Assembly (NCBI GenBank): GCA_000165425.1
Contig: CT868196.1
Coordinates: forward strand, 434,001 to 498,000
Length of the DNA: 64,000 nucleotides
DNA from: Paramecium tetraurelia
Lineage: Eukaryota
Reading direction: 5' to 3'
Part shown: positions 13,775 to 26,844 of the stretch, piece after piece
Layout: every line of letters starts with the position of its first letter
Numbering within the stretch: the first letter of the stretch is position 1
Program-made: the position numbers and the translations under genes
Notes under the pieces: model-generated
Databases searched by the model: none
What the model was told of the DNA's origin: nothing
The model's input: only the letters and a program-made list of their open reading frames with translations

Positions 13775-15137
13775 TCATATCAAATTAACATCATGAATAC
13801 TTTGCTTTCTCTTCTTCTAAACCTGAGGTTCAATATTCGTAGAGGTCAAACCAAATAGGTTTTTAATAATTTCTTCCCTGGATATGGTTTCAACTGGAGG
13901 TTCAATTCTGGAAGTGAAATTTACAATTTTTTGATGTGGTTCAAATCTGATTTTTCTATTTTTTGATGCCTTCCTATCAACAACCTTATTCTCCTTCTCT
14001 TGTCTTTAGGCCTATCTCTTCAATATAAACTATTCAGTTTCCTTTTTGAGAGCCTCTTCGGTAGGGTTTTGATTGTTAAACGAGACGGTTTCCTTTAATA
14101 AATCCAAGTAAAAATCAGTGTCATCAAAAATATGTTTATTGGTGGTTTCACTCAAATCTGAGCCTTCCTCACCCAAGATTCTGAATATCTGTCTCTTCAA
14201 CTAAGTTTTCTATCTTAATTTATCCATATTTTGTAAGGCCTTCTTGGATTATCCAATAGGGGTTAGGAGCAAGAACCCCATTTATGATTTGCTATCCTTG
14301 TTTAATGATGACAACAGTGCTGATTTCGAACTCCATCTTATGATGTCATCTTCGACAACTTTAATGGAATCTTCAAGATTATCATTGACTTTTTTTAATG
14401 AATTCGGATCGTATCCATCATCATTTAAATTGATTTGATCAATTTAATAAAGAGAAGAATACAAATTCAATAAGTTTGTGATGTTGTTTAAGAGTTGGCA
14501 ATTCAAATCGTTTAGCTTCGAGTCTTTGGACTTTTATAGTTCTGTAACAAAGGAATCCTTGAGAATAGGTAGTCTTTTAGCTGCGTCTAATGATTTTTGC
14601 ATTTCTAAAGAGAGTAAATGATAATAATAAATAAATACATTCTCTAATTTCAACTAGATTTCCCCAAATTTGCTATTGTTCTTTGATTTGATCTGCGACT
14701 TCTTTCAATTCTTTTTTATTTTCTTTTTGCTTCTCAACCATTTCCAAATCTTCCTTTTCAATTTATTACAATTCTTTCTAAAATGTACTTAAATTCTATT
14801 TCTTTTTAGGTTTTTGTTAGACAGTCTTTCTTTATTATTAATCTTCAGATTCCTCTTATTCACTTTCAATGAATTCTGGGATTTCATCACTGTTGATGGA
14901 TTCATTTTGGAGATCATCTTCACTTTGAGAGTGTTATTATTGATTGTTTGTTTTTTTGCCTTGATACTTGGATCCCAAATGGATGTCAACTTTATGGGAT
15001 TTGGGGACATGACCTTATAAAAGATTTAAATATTGTTCATCATCGATGGAGTCATAACTGAGTTGGTCTTCGTGATCGTTTTCAGGGTCGATTGAATGCT
15101 TGATGAGGGCTTTTTTCTTTTGCTTAATTTTAGACAT
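13775..15137 (-). CDS. BFR2: AATF/Bfr2 (rRNA-processing, SSU processome) protein
   Basis: Acidic N-terminus; C-terminal family motifs HIFDDTDFYLDLLKE and VDRKASKNRKIRFEPHQKIVNF, characteristic of the AATF/Bfr2 TRAUB domain. Confidence 0.85.
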
Positions 15138-15307
15138 ATATTAAATTATTTAATATAAAATAATAATAATGTATTATTGCATTGAGGAATGCAAATTAAA
15201 ACTCGAGAAACACAAGTGATATGATTAATAAGGGTTTGTGTAGAACAGATGAAATAAATATATAAATTGGTTATAATTGAATTTAATTTGAGATTAAAGT
15301 TATTAGT

Positions 15308-17311
15308 ATGAGCTCTTATATACAATCGCAATTTGCAGTTTCAGACAAAAAAATCTTTGACTTTCAAAAACCCCAAGAGTTATCCGATTCGGAGGAAGAA
15401 GAAATGCGCTAATAACTGCTAATAATGAATAACAAGGATTCGAAAAAATCAAAGAAACTATTTGATATTGAAAGCATCAAGGCTGAATTGAATAGTCGAC
15501 CAGCACTTGAGACTGAATAATAACCATAGAAATTCGGTAAAAGAATACAAAAAGCGAGTATGAGACAATTGCCAAATCTGTTTATTCCAACCTCCTCATT
15601 GTTGATTGAATAACTGGGCAATATTCGAGCCTTTAAAACAATGAAAGAGCAAGTTCCCCCAGAGGTGATGCACAAAGTATACACACAATTGAGGTACCCA
15701 ATTCATTCCACATAGATATTAGTATGTTTCAGCATTCAATGTGATTTACAGACAAGGAGATCTAAACAAGCGTTACTACATCGTCCTGGATGGCAGATGT
15801 GTGGTCATGAAACCCAAAGAGAAAATGGTTGGAATCCAAAAAGTAGAATTTGATATCGACAATTAAACCACTGATAGCAAAGTACCCCAAGATCCATACG
15901 GGTTAAAAAACCTGTTTCCTGATTATCTAGTAGTCAAAGTGATGTTTTCTGGAGAGTAATTCTGCATTCATATATCATTAGCTCATTTGGAGAGGTGGCA
16001 ATCAAATTAGAGAGTTCACGTGCATCAACAGTCTTCGCAGTTGAGAATACTCATTTGCTGTATATGAGTGAGGCAGCCTACATACAACTGTTGGATCCCT
16101 ACTTGAGTTAAATACTTGAAGAGAAGATCCAATACTTCAAAAAGAATATGATCTTCACATCAGTTGAAACTGATATCAATGAAATCATGGGTATTTTACT
16201 TGAATGCCACAAAATCACATATAAAGCAGGAGAAACCATTTATGATGAAGGCAATAAATCTAATTATATATACTTTATTATAAGTGGCGAAGTCGAATTG
16301 TCTAAGAAGGTTGCTGAAACCCATTTGGTATTATCATCATATGGAGAATACCAATAATTTGGGGAAGTCGAAATACTCAATAAGGTTGAAAGATTTACTA
16401 AAGCCAGAGTAATCACGCCTAGATTGATTGTCTACAAAATACGGAAGACCAAATTCTTCAATAATTTGGGTAACTTTCTGGTCTATGAAAATATGAAGAG
16501 GAAATCAGTTCTCATGTTTAAACATTGGAAACTCATTTTCAATTCTGCTAAATTCTAAATCAATAAAGATTCCGATGTAATCATTTATCTATCTATCAAA
16601 GCCTTACTTAAGTTCGCATCGTAGGAAACTCCAATCTAAATTATCGAAGCATGACAGCACAAACTAAAGTCTAAGTTAAGTCCAAGTCTTTTAGCATATG
16701 ACTGATGCAGGAATCCTCTCAGATGACTAACACTGTTTTGCCTCTGATGATCAAGGCTCAAAGCGAGGTTACAGCAATGCCTTGTAATAATACTAGGCAA
16801 AATTAAAAAAATAAGGAAATCGTGCTTCCTAATTAGAATCAGCTACCAAGTAAATTAGAGATAAGTAATTACACTCTAATATCTTAGGACCTTCACTACA
16901 GAAGATTATTAATCTCCAAAGAATGTTGTACATGGGAAGTTTTCATTTCATGTTAAATTACCTGCGATTAGTCCAAATAAAGTTTTGCCTTAAATGAATT
17001 TAGATTAGATTCTGGATTCCATCACCAAACTTCCTAAGGTTCCACCTGATAATCTTGTTATTTCTTTGATGTATTAATAAGCTTACAAATCTAATAATCC
17101 TGACAAAAGAGCAAGGCAAATCCAATAAGTAATCCAAGCCTCCTTCAGGAATGTGAGAAAGCATTTGGATTCGAAGGAAAAACTCTAATTAAAGCCTAGA
17201 TTTAAATCGCAAGATTCATTATTAAAAAACCTAAGAATGAATGATAATATTGAAGAAAAGAAAGAAAAAATAGATTATCTAAACTTTGTGCATCCAAAAT
17301 AATTATTTTGA
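15308..17311 (+). CDS. Tandem cyclic-nucleotide-binding domain protein
   Basis: Two cNMP-type domains: YRQGDLNKRYYIVLDG...SFGEVAIKLESSRASTV and YKAGETIYDEGNKSNYIYFIISGEVEL...FGEVEILNKVERFTKA. The frame is restored by several ~23-25 nt introns. Confidence 0.8.
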
Positions 17312-17398
17312 CTTGCAATTATTTAAAACGATATTTATTTTACTTTCTATATTAAAATTCTTTAATTTAAATATAGTAAAAAATATACAAATTATCAT

Positions 17399-18794
17399 TC
17401 ACTTGAAAAAGTCATAAAAGAAAATTATCATGTTAAATATGCCCACGCAGAGTATTATTAAATAAATAATGACTCTCAAAGGAAGAGACAAATAATTTAT
17501 GTTTTTGTGTTTGACACAATTACTATCGTGATCTAACAACGCATCTCCAACATTTGTTCTATTACCATAATAGCATTTAAAATGCATGTAAACTGGGATA
17601 ATATACACTAAAAGAAATCCACAAACAGCTCCATCAAATGAAATGACAATTCCCACATTTATGTTGAACAATTACACAATTAAACATGAACAAATGAATA
17701 CTCCCTTCAATCCCCATTAGAATTTCTATGGGTATTCCTTATGATAGAATGTTTCCAATATCTAGTATATGCTGATATATGGAAATATTGGGAATGCAGC
17801 CACTAAATGCACTAAAAACAGGCCTTCAATAAACAAAACTGCATAATCGGTTGATGAAAAGAAATCCAATATTGTTGAGGGATTGACTGCTGTCTTTCCC
17901 ATAATCCCTATTGCGCCGAATGTACCTATGATTCCATAAATAATAGCTGCGATCCCATAAGATATTAGTAGGTCCCTTGAATTATTTGCTTTATTTGCAT
18001 TATTTTTAATCAATTATCCAACTGAATTATGTACCATGAAACCAAATGCAAATTATCCTGCTGGCTAAATGAAATTCCAAGTGAACCAAGTGATATCCCC
18101 CTTAAATTCATTTATGTTTATCATATTTGCTGAGAAGATGTATATAATAAATATGCAATAACATATGATAGCAACAACACCGTAATGTGCAAACTTGATT
18201 ATTTTTGTGATGTCTTTTAGTAACAGCATCGAGGCCAATGGCAAGAAAATAATTATTGCTTACCATTGAATTGAAAACTTATCAAAAGTTATACCATCAG
18301 AAGGCATGGCATAATTAGTGTAATTGCTTTTTTCGAATATCAACACCAATATGGGGTAGAGTGTTAGATTTATTAATTGAAAATAAATAATTCCAACAAT
18401 AAATAATAAAGTTCCGGATGTAACTCTGAATGCTTAGGTCTATGATTATTATATTTAAAAATACCCAAGATTTTCCTAATAATCTCTTAATCATATGCTC
18501 ACTGTCTAATTCTTCTTCCTTCTAATGAATGATCATAATCTAGCATGTTTTGTATTGAACCAAGCTTAAAATGATCATCACTATTAAGCATGTTATTATT
18601 CCACATTGCTGGAATACTTGGGGAATGACTAAACAAAGGGAACCAACCATCGAATTAGTAATGCCAAAAATTGTTGAAAGAGAAGATTGCTTTTGACCTT
18701 CCTGAGCAAAAGAGAGTTTTGACATTGCTCTTGTACTTTCATGTTGTTTATGAGGTTTCGAACTCTTGTCTTGGTATTCAGATTAGTTGATCAT
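17399..18794 (-). CDS. Amino acid transporter (AAAP/SLC38A9-like), multi-pass membrane protein
   Basis: QSSLSTIFGITNSMVGSLCLVIP (TM1 motif), FALFGFMVHNS-like segment, NKANNSRDLLISY, GAVCGFLLVYIIP; about 11 hydrophobic segments. Confidence 0.85.
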
Positions 18795-19101
18795 ATTATA
18801 TAATAAGTATTCTCATTTATTTCGAAGATTTTTTATATTATTCTTACATGATGTAACCATTTACGTATATAAACTAAATTAATAAAACTGTTCACAATTA
18901 TAAACTTTTATTATTATTTAGAAGTTGTGTATATATATTTCTATTTTAATTTAATACATCTTTAATTGAAGATATTTATACTTATATTCAGAATACATAT
19001 TATGAATTATTATAAAATTTATGTTACCTAGCTTTATTTTCTATTAATGTAGCAATTAATAATAAATATTGGTTGTAAATAAATATATTAATTGTTGCAA
19101 A

Positions 19102-20771
19102 ATGCTACTTAATTCAACAGGTTAACGAAAACTCAAACAAAATAGTGTGTCTACTTTTAGAAGTCCAATAATAGTTCCATCGAGTTAATAGGTTTCTCCT
19201 GTAGCATCAGGACTGAATAGTTTGAAAAATCTACATAGTCCCAAAGGATCTCAGATTGATGTCACCAGTCTCACTCGATTAATAAAATCAACAAAGATTA
19301 ATGAGGTAATGTAGCTTATATCGTATAGTCAGTAAATAGCCAATAGATATAAGCCTTGCTTGCAAAAGCTAGAGAAATAGCAAAGGTAACGACAGACTCT
19401 AAATCGTAAGCACAAAAAAAGCATGTTAAATTGCAGAGTTAATAATTTGTAAACTTCAAAGACTTACTTCATAATTCTACTTCTGCTAAGATTCAATAAG
19501 AAATCATATTCTGCAGAAATTCATTTAATTTTGAGTTTGTCATTGGAATTGGTGGATTTGGTAAAGTTTGGAAAGTTGAGCACAAAAAAACAGGGTAAAT
19601 ATTCGCAATGAAAGAAATGTCAAAAGCATTGTACAAATTCAGTATTAATTAGAATTGTGACAAAAAAAAGTGTACATTCTGTCATGAATGAACGGACGTT
19701 ATTAAGTCAATTAAAGCATCCATTATTAGTCAATATGAACTATGCATATTAGGATAGAGAAAACCTATACTTATTGATGGACTATATGAAAGGAGGAGAT
19801 CTCAGATATCACATAGGAAGGATGAGAAGATTTGATGAAAACTCAACAAGTATCGATGCAAAAATAACTTTAAGAGTTTTTTATAGCCTGTATTGTCTAA
19901 GGATTAGAATACATACATTCAAATAAAATAATTCATCGAGATATCAAACCTGAAAACCTGGTACTTGATGAAAAAGGATATGTTCATATCACTGATTTTG
20001 GGATTGCTAGAATTATGAAACTTGAAAACAGCAGCGATACTAGTGGTACTCCTGGATATATGGGTAAATGATATTGATTAAATTTTAGCACCCGAGGTTA
20101 TGTGTAAGTAAAATCATTCTTATGCTGTTGATTATTTTGCTGTTGGAGTTATTGGCTATGAATTTATGATAGGGAGAGTAATCATTATCTTCTAATTTAG
20201 AGACCATATTTTGGAAGATCTAGACAAGAAATTAGAGATTCGATTTTGGCTAAATAGGCTTCAATTAAAAGAACAGAGATTCCTAATGGTTGGTCTCTTG
20301 AAGCAGTGGACTTTATTAATAGGGTATCCTTAAAATCAAAGCTATTTAGTTACTCCAACGAAAACCTTAAAATAGATTAGGTTCTAATGGTATTCAAGAA
20401 ATCAAGGAGCACCCATGGTTTGCTAACTTTGCATGGGATAAATTGTAAAATTAAACATTGATTCCTCCTTTCATTCCAAATGTATGATTCTTCATAATCT
20501 TTAAAGCAAACTGAAGATAACTTTGATTAAAAGTAAATTATAGATGAGGATGAAGAAAATTAGGAATTAATCTAATAAAATATTTTAGTCTTAAGAGATT
20601 AAACTATCTAGGGTAATAGTTTTCATATTAATAACAGATCAATTTTAAGGATATGAGTTTCAATAAGGAAATCATTCTATTTCCACTGAGTAATCTTCTG
20701 GTTCATCAACTAAACATAGTCGTCACCTAAGTGAAAGATTGCATATCTTTGAAAAAAAGAAGATAATATGA
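19102..20771 (+). CDS. AGC-family Ser/Thr protein kinase
   Basis: [44 protein letters not shown], and an AGC C-tail PPFIP...NFD...FQGYEF. Many tiny introns. Confidence 0.92.
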
Positions 20772-20829
20772 TAAAATTTAGTTTCAAATTTTTGCATCAT
20801 TTAATATATAATTTGTTTATCAATATTTA

Positions 20830-21600
20830 TCAATAAATAATTACTATGACTTAATCTAAAATTCTGAAGATCATAGTTTTTGATTCTATTTTGTAATACT
20901 TTCTTCATCTATAAACACAAAAATCATAGATTTAAAGTGATTCAAAGAATGCAGAATCTCTTTCAATTATTTAATTCGAATTTCACTCTTTCGTTAAAAT
21001 CCATATTTTGTTGTTGAAATCAAGAAATATTGAATAATTTTTAATCTCTCTATGTCTTTTACTATGATATGTCAAGGGAACTACGACCCTTCAAATATTA
21101 ACATCGTACTCTTCTATAACGAAAAAAATGTAATATATAACTATTTTCTTAAAATTATATATCACTTCACACTTTAATTTAGTTAGGGTTCAACAACCTA
21201 AGAAGAGTAATGGAGAAATAAATTTAATGAGTCCAAGAATCAAAATAATTTTTTCAAAATTATCCACTCATGAGTTTAATTATCAGACCCGATTCATCAA
21301 AGTTTGATTTTAGACTATTATAAGTAATACCTTATAATCTTATTACTAAAGATGAGTTAATCTATGTTTTTATATTAAATCTAAGTTATTGTCCTTTATA
21401 CCAATAAGAAGTACTCAATTCAAAATCTAATAGAAATCATGAACAGAGATGAGAGATGGGGATAGATGGAAAGGATTAGATCCATTTTGAAATTCTCAAA
21501 GATTTCATTAAATATTCAGGTGTGAAAAATTCAGGATCCAACTATTTCTATTATAATTCTCAAAATATTGGTTGATTATTTTGAAAAAGATACGATATCC
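20830..21600 (-). pseudogene. Possible decayed gene remnant
   Basis: A ~0.8 kb gap in otherwise tightly packed DNA. Minus-strand protein-like fragments (LDPEFFTPEYLMKSLRISKWIQSFPSIP; QQQNMDFNERVKFEL) are interrupted by TGA and frame changes that no obvious intron rescues. Confidence 0.3.
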
Positions 21601-21653
21601 CTAAAATTGCTATATAAAGAACTTTTTTTTTAATATTTTATAATATATAAAGA

Positions 21654-21962
21654 ATGATCAAAAGAAAAAGAATTCAAAAAAAAAGAAAGACCAGATCTTA
21701 AGTTCCCACAATTAATTAGGTATGCCTTAAGCAATCAAATTCTAATTAACAAGTGTAGTCAGTGTAGGATGGAAGAGAAACTAGAAATGAAACCACAATC
21801 GTACCAAACAGAAAAACTATAATCTACCGTTGTGATAGATGTAAGCAAGACTTTTTGAGTACGTATTAATTGGGAGGACACATATAAAAGGTTCATCGAA
21901 ATAAACCACCAGGAGTATCAATTCTTGAAAAAACATTAAGAAAGATACCAAAATATGTTTGA
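21654..21962 (+). CDS. Small single C2H2 zinc-finger protein (102 aa)
   Basis: Basic NLS-like N-terminus MIKRKRIQKKRKTR; finger YRCDRCKQDFLSTYQLGGHIQKVH; intronless 309-nt ORF. Confidence 0.8.
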
Positions 21963-22454
21963 ATTCATATTCATCCATAAAAATATTCAAAATTTATTAT
22001 AAGATAGTTCTAATTCAATATAATTATATTAAGTAATAGAAAGATTTTATAAATTATTTTTTAGTTAAAAATAATAATTAACACTTTAAAATCAAGATAA
22101 ATTCTTTTTTAGTGATTTTAATTCATACTGATATATAAAACAAATTATGTAACAGTAATAACAATAATTCTAAAACAAATATTCATGTCATAACTTTTAT
22201 AGCTGACATGAAAGCTCAGTGTTTTAATTGTCTATGAATTACTTTCCTCCCCATAATACTGTTTAATCCTAATCTATAAATGATAGTTTTAATTCTTATA
22301 TGAATTATAATGATTTATTTGATTGTTCCCATTTTTAGAGTGATTGATAACAATTATTTTTATTAAGATTACACTTGAAAATAGGGGTTTATCTACAGGA
22401 AAATAATGTTAACAATTTGTATAATTATTAAATAAATTTAATAAAATATTATTT

Positions 22455-23084
22455 ATGGATTAACAATTAGAATAAGTAGGCGTGGATATTTAGAAAATTG
22501 TTTACAAAAAAGCAATGTTACATGCTTGCAAATATTCAACTGAAGACGTAATTGGTATTGATTAATCTAATGATATAGGAATTCTGATTGGTTAAATTAA
22601 TGATACGCATGTTAATATTGTGGATGCCTATCCTTTATTCCATTCTAGAGTCAGTCTAAATACATTGGAAGTATCCTTAGATATTGTAATTGAATGTCCA
22701 ATTCATAACATTAGATATCAAGTGAATTGCAAAGTGATAGAAAGATTATTGGAGTATACGAAGCAAGAGCAAATGCTAGAGGAATTATGAGTGAAATAGC
22801 TAAGGAAATGCTACACAATATTAATTAAAAATAAGCAATTGTGTTGAGAATTTCATAAGTTGAGGTGGATGATGCTCCCATTTTGAATGCTAAAGTACTC
22901 ATTTGTATTAAATAAGATTGTTTCATTGAATGAAAATGTTAAATATGTCATTAATTCATCAAGTACCTTGGAATGGTGGGTTATTTAGGATTGCTTAAAG
23001 GCTGGTCTTCATTGGAAAATTATAGATTTTGATGCTCATTTTGAGAATGTGTAATTAAATTTCAGAAATCAGTATTTAGAATGA
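22455..23084 (+). CDS. EMC8: ER membrane complex subunit 8/9 (UPF0172, MPN-like)
   Basis: VYKKAMLHACKYSTEDVIGILIG, IVDAYPLFH, IIGVYEA, and C-terminal IIDFDAHFENVQLNFRN match EMC8/9 conserved motifs. Confidence 0.85.
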
Positions 23085-23109
23085 ATTATATCAATTAGGT
23101 TTATAATAT

Positions 23110-23896
23110 TCATCTTTACTTCCTTTATAAAACTTAATGGCTGATATCCTTATAGGATTCACCATACATATTCTCTGCTTTAATGCCAGTCATGAATCCA
23201 GTATATCCAACAATGGGAGGCTTTTGTTGTTCATACTAGATTATAAATATCTAATACAGTTTATCTGAATCTATCATTAGTTTCAAGCATAGTCTTTGCC
23301 ATTCCTTCGTCCATTTGATTTAAGGGATGTACATAGGGTTATGGTTTTTCAGGAGGAACAACTTATTTTAATGGATGTCTAAACACTGGTCGGAACCCTT
23401 GATACCCAACGACTGGTAATCTATCGATTGGGGGGATATCATTAATTGTTTTAGGCATAGATCTAACAAAATCAAATACAAGAATTACTAGAATGTTCGA
23501 TAATTTCTCTCATTTACAGCTTTCTCTTATCGGCGAGCATCTTCTAAAATTCTTTCAGCTGCAGTTTAAAGTTATGGTTTTCTTAAATTGGGTTCCTAGA
23601 TAACTGTTAATTTGATACTCCAAACTCGATCTTATAACTTGTTTATAATCTTTCTCTCTCTTCAGAATTTGTACATCTAGCTAATCTTTCTTCCATACAC
23701 TCAGCTGTAATCTTTGCAAAAGGTTTTCCATATTATGATTCTAAAATATAATTAAATGAGCACCAGCTTTTAATCCTCTCACATGTCCAGCATACCCAGG
23801 TACGTGTTGCTTTTATAATTCATAAGTAGGACCACCAATCCAAGTTTACCCTGTCACAACTTATTCTGTTGAAGGAATCAGAGAAATTGTTTTCAT
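23110..23896 (-). CDS. FAM166/CIMIP2-like ciliary microtubule inner protein (PGY-type repeats)
   Basis: Repeats HVPGYAGHVRGLKAESQYGKPFAKIT, LPVVGYQGFRP and PPIVGYTGFMTGIKAENMYGESYKDIS. Confidence 0.7.
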
Positions 23897-24504
23897 TTAT
23901 TTATTTATTTATACAAATATTTTATGAATAAATTAGGTAATAACAATTAATCATTTCAAATTAAGCATTGCATTTCTTATTAATTTTTCACTCTTGATTA
24001 TCAAATATTAATTTGAAATCGAAAAGCATTTGAAAAGATGATTCGGTTAATAGATAATAATATTTTATTTGATTATCATCTTATTTATTTTATGTTATTA
24101 AAACAAAGAACTTCCATCCTTTTCAAACTTTTAGATATTTGCTCAATTTTCTTTTAACATTTTAGCTAAAAAGTAATCATCTCAAAAACCCATCAAAATT
24201 TAATTTTTGATTCTAACTCTCACCTTTCAATTTAGCTAAATAATTCACTATTATTTTCACATCATCGACAGCATTTAGTAATAGAATTAGGTTCTATTTT
24301 TAGATATAATATCACAATCTTAGTTTTTAGAATTGAATACATATTTATTTCTAATAATAATAGTTAAGTAAGACCTCTTGAAAGGAGACAACACAAGGAG
24401 GTATTGAGATTTTGAAGGGAGGTTGAAATAGGCGATTGCTATAAAAAAATGACTTGAAATAAAATATTAAAATAAATATACATTTATTAATAATTAAAAT
24501 AATT

Positions 24505-24879
24505 ATGAGATCAAATTCAACAGCTTATACACCATAAAATCCTGAAGTCTTTCACAAAGGGCATATCCATTTCTTTGATTTGTTATCATCATTTCACGGT
24601 TTGGAGGATTAGCCCGACTATCCAGTTTAATAATAAACAATTTAAGATAAGCTGAGACATCAATATCTCAATGATAATAATTGGGAAGATAGTAAAGCAA
24701 TTTTATTATGATTAGAATTATGTTATAGAACATGCTTCAAAATTTAAGAAAAGGACTATGTCTAATTCTGTTTAGACAAGAAATGCCAAGGCGCAACTTA
24801 TTTGAAGGCAGCTCAAGTCTTGGGATACGTTAAATCTGGAAATCCTACACCAAAAGCTCATGGACATCATCATCATTGA
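24505..24879 (+). CDS. Small conserved-looking protein (116 aa) with CX3C...CX4C and His-rich tail
   Basis: MRSNSTAYTPQNPEVFHKGHIHFFDLL...KLCYRTCFKIQEKDYVQFCLDKKCQG...KAHGHHHH-TGA. One 24-nt intron contains an in-frame TGA. Confidence 0.75.
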
Positions 24880-25081
24880 TATAGCATTTATACATAAATA
24901 ATAATGATAATCAAAATTGTTATTAGTATTAAGAGAGTTGAAATCTTTGCATTTGAATTATGGAAAGAAGGATTTGCTTTTTCAATTTCATTAAGCCAAT
25001 TACAATTGTCTAAATACATGATATTGATAACTAAGAAATACTACTTTTATTATTATTTACTAAAACATATTATTAATATTA

Positions 25082-26844
25082 ATGAAAAATATTTTTAGTT
25101 ATTTCTATGGATCATCTGTAATTAGCTAGTATATATGTTAGGATAGCAAAAATAATGAGGTTAAAGATCCGAAGATTGATTAATAATTCGAAACATTTCT
25201 CTTTGAATTTACTTCGAATGAATATTTCCCTTTATATGAGAAATGGACAAAAGGTGAAGAACAAGAGTACATAGGTCTTTAGTTATTCATAATTTTAGAT
25301 TTCAAGTTGCAGGACATAGAGGACATTTATTTAAATAACTATGACTAACAGCTGAAATTTTAATAGGAGGAGACAAACCTAGTAGATTATGTTGTGTAAG
25401 AAGATGACACTCTATTCGGATTGGAATTGAAATTTAATATTAAGTAATGAGGAAGTTAATAATAAAGTTAGAACAGAATTTTAAAATTAAATGACATTTC
25501 CCCAGAGTGCTTTGTTCCTGGCATGAAGATTAAAATTCCTTCAGTGCAACAAGAACAAAGTTAAGGATTCATTTAGGAAGGTGAAACTAATGACTTGTAA
25601 TTTAATTAGTCGTCCTTTTATGGGAGAAACTTGATGGATGAAATCATGTCGAAAGGATAAACAAAAAAATGTATATTTAATTTTAATTGAAAGTCAATGT
25701 TTATTATGTGACTAATTATGGTTGTATAGAAGGAGTTTTAACTGTGAATAGTGATGTCATATTATTTGATCCTAGTTTCGTTGATAGAAATAAAGAATTA
25801 GTTTAAAAATGCCATAGTACAAAGCTAACTATATTTTAGAATAAAGCATCCTCAATTTTTAAGCATGTCTTATGACTGAAGATGTGATATCAGTTGATTT
25901 AAATGAACTACCAATGAGAATAGCAAAATCAAGTTCCAAATGCTTTAAAGACTATTTAGTGATGGTGCATATAAGTGCAAATGTATCCTGTAAAAAATTG
26001 CTTGAAGTTTTGCCCATTCTGACTTTCAGAGTAAGTATTTTCAATAATATATAGATACAAAATGATGATGATTAAAAAGAGTTTAAAGTTCAAAGCATTG
26101 ATTTGTGTGAAACCTTGGCTGATGTTGTCAAAACGAAATCAGAACGAATGCTTGATGAATAGAAGAAGAAGGAACAAGATTTAACAATTATCCCTTTTTA
26201 TGATATTTAAGATGCAACTTTGACTGAGAAATTAATAGAGAGGACCAATCAACTCTGGGGAGGGTAGGATTTCATTCCATAAATGGTTTCGGATTCTTAG
26301 ATCTTGGATGGTGATGAAATGATTTAAGTAATAATATCATTTATTTTATTCTAGATAATTGCATGTGTTCCATCGATTTATAAGACATCTAATTGGAAAT
26401 TAATCTTTTCAAATGTAATACATGGTTCATCTTATTTGACATTGCTAAATAATTGTGAAAACCATTCTCCATTAATTTTAGCAGTCAAAGATTTCAATGA
26501 ATGCAAGTTCGGAGCCTTTTTAAATGAGTCACCACAATTAACCTTTGGGAAATTTTTTGGAAATGGAGAAACATTTCTTTGGACTTTTAAGGTATTTTTG
26601 TGTATGCTTAAATTAGTAGAATGATTTCAAAACTTACAATTGGACAGAAGCAAATAATTACTTTATATTCTGTGAGTCCGATGGATTGGCAGTTGGATGT
26701 GGAGAAAAGTTCGGTTTGTACATCAATCATTCTCTGATGCATGGGAACACCAATTAATGTGAGACCTATAAAAACGAAATCTTATCAACTTCTAACGATT
26801 TTAGTATATAAATACTTGAAGTCTGGGGATTAAGTGAATAATGA
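25082..26844 (+). CDS. OXR1: LysM + TLDc domain protein (OXR1/NCOA7-like)
   Basis: LysM-like LVDYVVQEDDTLFGLELKFNI; a middle segment GCIEGVLTVNSDVILFDP; TLDc WKLIFSNVIHGSSY...KFGAFL...FFGNGETFLWTF...CETYKNEIL...LEVWG. Confidence 0.85.

Noticed and set aside
20941..21657. Plus-strand frame with only three internal TGA codons, suggesting TGA read-through or selenoprotein
   Set aside because: With TGA as the only stop, about that many are expected by chance at this base composition. There is no recognisable protein or SECIS.
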